Below, one piece after another: positions 58,931 through 64,000 of a DNA stretch of 64,000 nt. The number at the start of each line of letters is the position of its first letter. Within the stretch, counting starts at the first letter, position 1. The notes beneath the pieces were generated by a model that searched no databases, was not told the DNA's origin, and saw nothing but the letters and a program-made list of their open reading frames with translations. The stretch is taken from contig JAVKOQ020000047.1 of the NCBI GenBank assembly GCA_031835245.2, positions 186,001 to 250,000 on the forward strand. Direction: 5' to 3'. The DNA is from Balamuthia mandrillaris. Taxonomy: Eukaryota. The position numbers and the translations under genes were made by a program.

Positions 58931-59833
58931 ATAAAAGCATCATCATCACCATTGTCCTCTTTCATGGTGTGTGCCTTCTTTGCTTGCTTTTTCGCAGCTA
59001 AGTTCTTTTATTACCTCCAGCTGGCCTTCTCCAGTAGCAATGGCACAAGGCATTTTGTCCAGGGAGTAGTAATTAAGAAGGGACCACTGCAGTAACAGTT
59101 CTTTTCAGCTCCTTTTTCTTCTGCTGTTTTGCAATCCTTGTTTGCCGGACAAGTATAAGGTATATCATAAACATAGATACATCCAAAGGAAGAACAACAC
59201 TTGAAGTATTTGCTATAACAAACAGTTTGGTATTTCATGAAGTTGTAACAAAGTTATTGAGGTGCGAAAATGCGGAACCAAGGGAACCTGCTTGGTTCCC
59301 TGGTTCCATAGCAAAAATTTCAGACTTAGAAAAAATTTCAACGTTCTCTAAGCCAAAATGATTGAAAAAAGGGAAAATTGATGTTTATTAATAAAAAAAA
59401 GGAATACCATGCTTTTGTTTGAAAAAATAAAAAAGGTTCTTGTAGAACTCAACATGCTCTATCCAATGAGCTTATTTACAAAGAGTAAAAATATTTTATG
59501 ACTGAGTAATTAATTTTATACATGATTTTGTATTTTAAAAATAATAGAAAATATTTGTGAAACTGACTGACAAATGGATAGATAAATAGATAAATAAATG
59601 AATAAATGAATGTTTAAAAAGTGTTTCATTAATATTGAATGAATGAATAAACAAGGGAAAAAAAATGTTCCACAACATAAAAAAACAAAACCTTGCAAAA
59701 ACAAACAACAATTAAATCAAAACAACAACTTAAAAACAAAATAAAAATTCTTCATTCTTTCCTAAACTATCATTGTTGTTGTTGCATAAATATAGCTCTA
59801 CTATCATTATTATAAAAATGATGATGATAATAA

Positions 59834-61034
59834 TTAAAATAATAATGGATCCTTTAAATTATTCCAATACTTTATAATCAAGCGTTGAGGTAATTCTTTT
59901 TCTTGTTTCCACATAGGATGATTTGCTCCTTTCCATTTGACTTGATATAAAACAACTTTGCTATCCAACTTATCATCATCACCAATTATTTGTTCCCATT
60001 TATGATCCAATATTTCTTCTACTACATCCATTATCTCTGTTGTCATTATTGCTTCATTTTCATTTTCATCCAACAATAAGTTTGTCTCAGAATATTTATC
60101 ATCATCATCATCATCATTATCATTCATAAATGTAAGTCTTCTAAGTCTTTTATATCTTCTTTTTGAAACTTGATCTGCTACTATTGATTGAAATAAAAAT
60201 TTATATTAATTAAAAATAAAGAAAATAACTAGAAAAAGAAAGTACTGTTTTACCACTCTCCCATAATACCTATCCCTATCTCTCCTTGTATATATATTTC
60301 TTTCTTTCATTCTATTAAAGGTCTTTTTCCCTACGCCCATCGAGTTGGTGTCCGTTAGGCTATTCCCCTACCGGCCTTATCACAGTACCTTTGTCTTCTT
60401 CATTTTCTTCAAATTGCTGTTGTAACTCTTGAAGTACATCAGATTCTTCTTGTGTTTCTTTTTGTTTTTCATCATCATCATCATCATCATCAATCTCACT
60501 ACTATCTTCCAAAAATAATGAAACTATATCATCATAAGTAGATTGCCATTCTTCTTCTTCTTCTTCTTCTTCTTCTTCTTCTTTTTCTCCATCATCCTTA
60601 ATATCATCTTTTATTTCTTTTTCTTTTTCTTCTTCGTCTTCTTCTTCTTCATGATTACACCACCAATTTGGATCTTTTATCTTCAAGTTTTGTTGAATAA
60701 CAAGTCGCATACGATTCACAATTTTTCTACCTAACTGATGATCCTTTTGAGCTAGCTGATACTTTGGTATAATGTGTATTATGAGTATCAAAACTATGAA
60801 GCATAGCTCGAGCTAACTTGATTCTAACTTCTTCTGGAACTGAAAGATCTCTAGCAGTCAGTACTTGCAATAATGCATCGACTTTTACCAGGAGTAATGC
60901 CAAAAACTCCAGTTCTTTCTTGTAGTTTTATGGACATACGATGTCCAAGTTTAGTATGTGGTTGACCAGAAGAATTACAAAAAAAGAAGTTGGTTTGTGG
61001 ATTCAGCTGTGATCTGATATATAACTCATAATCA
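59834..61034 (-). pseudogene. 5'-truncated, frameshifted tyrosine-recombinase C-terminus + acidic linker + chromodomain gene (mobile-element remnant)
   Basis: DYELYIRSQLNPQTNFFFCNSSGQP..ITPGKSRCIIAST / ARDL..KLARAMLHSFDTHNTHYT / KYQLAQK..., one intron, then VEEILDHKW..YQVKWKG...W..EKEL..LIIKYW. Strongly AT-rich. Confidence 0.7.
60246..60384. mobile_element. 139-bp solo-LTR-like insertion with 4-bp target-site duplication
   Basis: Begins TGT, ends ACA, flanked by GTAC at 60242-60245 and 60385-60388; internal TATATA and ATTAAA. Confidence 0.65.
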
Positions 61035-61048
61035 GGTTAGGGTTAGGG
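61035..61048 (+). repeat. Short telomere-type repeat GGTTAGGGTTAGGG
   Basis: Seen directly, at the breakpoint of the truncated recombinase remnant. Confidence 0.75.
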
Positions 61049-61180
61049 GCGGGTACTCAGAACCTACGGCATTCAACTCCCCATGGTCCATTCTATAAAA
61101 CTCTAAGTCTATAAGTCTAACGGATAAAGTGGGTCAAAGTAGCAATTTTTTCAATTTTCGTATAGGAATACCTATATAAT

Positions 61181-62324
61181 CTAACAAGATATAATCATAA
61201 TATCATCATCATCATCATCATCATCATTCTCCTCTGTCTCTTCCTCTTCATCCAAGATGGATATAACTGTAGTGGTAGTAAAAGTAGGAGATGATGATGG
61301 GGAGGAAGTGTTGTCATTATCATCATCATCATCCGATTTGTCAAAGTCCTCATCATGGGCCACCAAGTATTTGGCCTTCAAAGCGTCCAGATTGTTGGAG
61401 AATTCTGTGAGGAGATTGCGCCATTTATCATAGCAATCATTGTTGGTTCGACGTTGGGTAGGCAAGTGTTTGGCAATCTCCAACCAAGACCATCCATCAC
61501 GCAAGCGCCAAGTGACAACTCTACGGATTTCTGGTGCCTGCCAAGCGATCCGTTGTCGATGGCCATTCTTCTGATATTTGAGTCGATTGGATAACAATTG
61601 TTGTCGCTGAAGCGCTCTGCGAACTCGTTGTCGTCGTGGTGTTTGTTTTTTTGAGTCAGGACTCTTGTCATCATCATCATCAGCATCGAGAGAAGCAAGG
61701 GAGGAGGATGATTGCTCTTGACGAGGGGTGAGGAATGCTTTGTGAATGGGTGATCCGTTGACCAACTTGGGAAGTACAGGAGCTACAAACTCATCCACCA
61801 GCTCATTCAAGCCACTGAAAAAGCTTTGCAGAATGCCAGAGATGTGTTGACGGCACAGCTGGCGATGAATATTGGGCCAACGAAGAGGAGATTTGTTTTT
61901 GGCCTCATAGGTGGCTGCAGCTTCAGCTAGCACATCCTTATCAAACTCATCTGGATGATTTTCTACCCAAGCGGTACAACATTCAAGCCACAAGGAGCGA
62001 TAAAATCGTATTTGTTGATCTTTGGTTGGCAAATCTGTTCGTTTCATGAACCACCTAAAGAAGCAGTGTAAAAGAAGAAGAAGAAAGAAAGAGAAAGTGA
62101 GAGAAAGAAAGAGGAAAAGAAAGAAAAAGGGAAAAGAGACAAAAAACAAAGTGTGAGTGAATGTTAAAAGAAGAACAAATGAACTAAGACCAATTATAAC
62201 AATTATTGTTTAGACTATGAATGTTGCTGCTGTCACAATAAACCTGTGCGTTCTAGCTGAGCGCTAGGTCTAAGGGTGCATTTTTGAATGCAAGCAAGCA
62301 AACAAACAAGCTAAAAACTGACTG

Positions 62325-62365
<41 letters not shown>

Positions 62366-63497
62366 TGGTGATGGTGGTGGATACTATGCAAACAAAACAA
62401 ACAAACAAACACAAACAAACAAACCGTTGGCGAACAGCATGAATAAAACTCTGATAGTTGGTATCTGCAGACCAGTTGGATTGTTGCAAAGCATCTGAGG
62501 ATAGATTGTGAAATGCTTCTTTGGTAACTAGCTCTGGAGCAATAACTGTATGTATGCAAGGGAGTGAGAATGAAAAGAACCAAAAAGAGAGCAAGTCAGT
62601 CCATCAAGTGATAGTGGTGGTGGTGGTGGTGATGGTGGTGGTGGTGGTGGTTTATTGACGCTGGTCAGGCAGCCAGCCCAGCCAAAGAAAAAACAAAAGA
62701 AAAAACAAAACTCAGACGAGCAGTAACGAACCACAATGTCGAGGAGGATGATAATCAGCAGTGGTAGTTGCAACAGAGGATGAAGATAATGAAGAAGAAG
62801 AAGAAGAAGAAGAATGAGGATGAGTGGTGGTAACATTGCTGACCAAGCGATTGGCCACAATAGCACGTTTTAATGTATCCTTGACGTAGACTTGCTGGGA
62901 TCTACCACGAGGTACCCAACCTGCGATAAGGGCAGTAGTATCCAGTACATTGTTCTGACTGTGACCTTCCTGCAGTCCCTCCAAGATCAAGGCAGTGCAA
63001 AGGAAGCCAGCACGCAAGGAGTGAAAGGAAAACAATCCTTCAGGATAACCAGCCCGAACAGCCCGATCTTGCAACTTGGCATTTAAAGTATCGCGTGACC
63101 ATCCCCATAATGATGTTTGTTTTTGTTTGTCTGTCAAGCGCCAGTTGTGAAACTCGCGCAAATCCAAACCATGCTTGCATAACAGATGCTTGTTTAACCA
63201 GTAAATAAAATCTCCAAGACAAATGCTTGGTGTTGATGTTGTTGATGTGGTGGCAGCAGGGGTGGTGACAGCAGCGGTCCTAAGTGGTGATGATGGTGAT
63301 GGTGATGGTGAAGAAGATGATCCTCGTGATGATGATGATGATGGTAGTGGTGGTGGTGGTGTTAAATAACCTTCAAATGTAACGATATGATTCCAATGAT
63401 TTGGTATTCCTTTAGTGACTTGTTGGCACAATGAAAGGAAATAAAGAGGAGGAGCAGAAAATGTATCCTCTTGGTGATGGCAGCTGATGTTGTCATT

Positions 63498-63551
<54 letters not shown>

Positions 63552-64000
63552 GAAAGAGGAGGATGAAAGTTTAGGTCGAAATGCCACAATATCACCCAAA
63601 CGAATGTTTGCAGCTGTAATGGCTCTGGCACCAGTACAAACACTGTGTAACCAACAACTGGCTTCAGCAGCTTTGCTCACCAGTCCATCTGGAGTGGATG
63701 CGATAATATGTAAGACATCATCTAACAAATATGCGTCTTTGCACAATTGTTTGCTAGAACAGGAGGGTTTGGCTCTTTTGCAATGTCGAATGGCCTGTTT
63801 GACTTGATCTTTGATGGCATCCATTTGGTTTTTTAGCAACAACAAGTAAGCATGGTCTGAGGTTGTTGTCAATGCTGTAGTGCGTCCTGTCGCTCCTGTT
63901 GTTGCTGCTCGAGTGACACCATCACCAAGAAGGGTTCTGGATAAAGGAGAAGGTGGGAAAGAAGTGGTACATGATGATGATGCTGGAGTTGAAGAGATCA
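61181..64000 (-). CDS. Tyrosine recombinase fused by splicing to a C-terminal telobox-type Myb domain (5' end outside window)
   Basis: Catalytic set TGAR / VTKG / HSLR / AGW / QVY. Exons >64000-62732, 62545-62425 and 62054-61181 join in phase (1, then 2). Myb RIAWQAPE...WLEIAKHL..RTNNDCYDKWRNL. Confidence 0.82.

Larger units (their letters stand above)
61035..64000 (-). mobile_element. Putative Crypton-like tyrosine-recombinase DNA element (other end outside window)
   Basis: Intron-containing YR gene with no RT visible in the window, abutting and truncating another element remnant. Confidence 0.6.

Noticed and set aside
61035..61048. Possible true chromosome end
   Set aside because: Only about two repeat units with complex sequence on both sides, so it is interstitial.
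1..64000. tRNA or rRNA genes
   Set aside because: None recognised by eye; tRNAscan-SE and Infernal would be needed to exclude them.

Overview
Gene-dense, intron-rich eukaryotic DNA with short GT-AG introns full of CT/TCT/GTTT microsatellites. Gene content (ABP34-like actin bundlers, ComC-supersandwich-like surface proteins) points to an amoebozoan; this is an inference, not a database result. About 30 protein-coding loci can be assembled by hand: a proline-racemase-family dehydratase, TspO, DegP/HtrA protease, RPT1, HSBP1, AN1 zinc finger, FMO, GNAT, ADP/ATP-carrier-like, EcKinase-like, SK-like channel, purple acid phosphatase, DH-PH-FYVE GEF, EF-P, ENOSF1, a PhyH-like dioxygenase and several orphans. 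Highlights: (1) The last ~5.5 kb is a nest of mobile DNA. An apparently intact spliced gene fuses a tyrosine recombinase to a telobox-type Myb domain. A short TTAGGG tract lies ~130 bp past its stop, exactly where a second, decayed tyrosine-recombinase/chromodomain gene is truncated; that remnant carries a solo LTR-like insertion and is bounded by a GGAACC hairpin. (2) A secreted protein resembling bacterial tail-fibre/YadA-head beta-roll proteins is split into ~25 exons, 22 of them single-repeat phase-1 micro-exons. (3) Five intronless ABP34-like paralogs carry coiled-coil inserts of variable length. (4) An SK-like channel has lost the GYG filter. All gene models and homology calls were made by eye, so coordinates of spliced genes are approximate.
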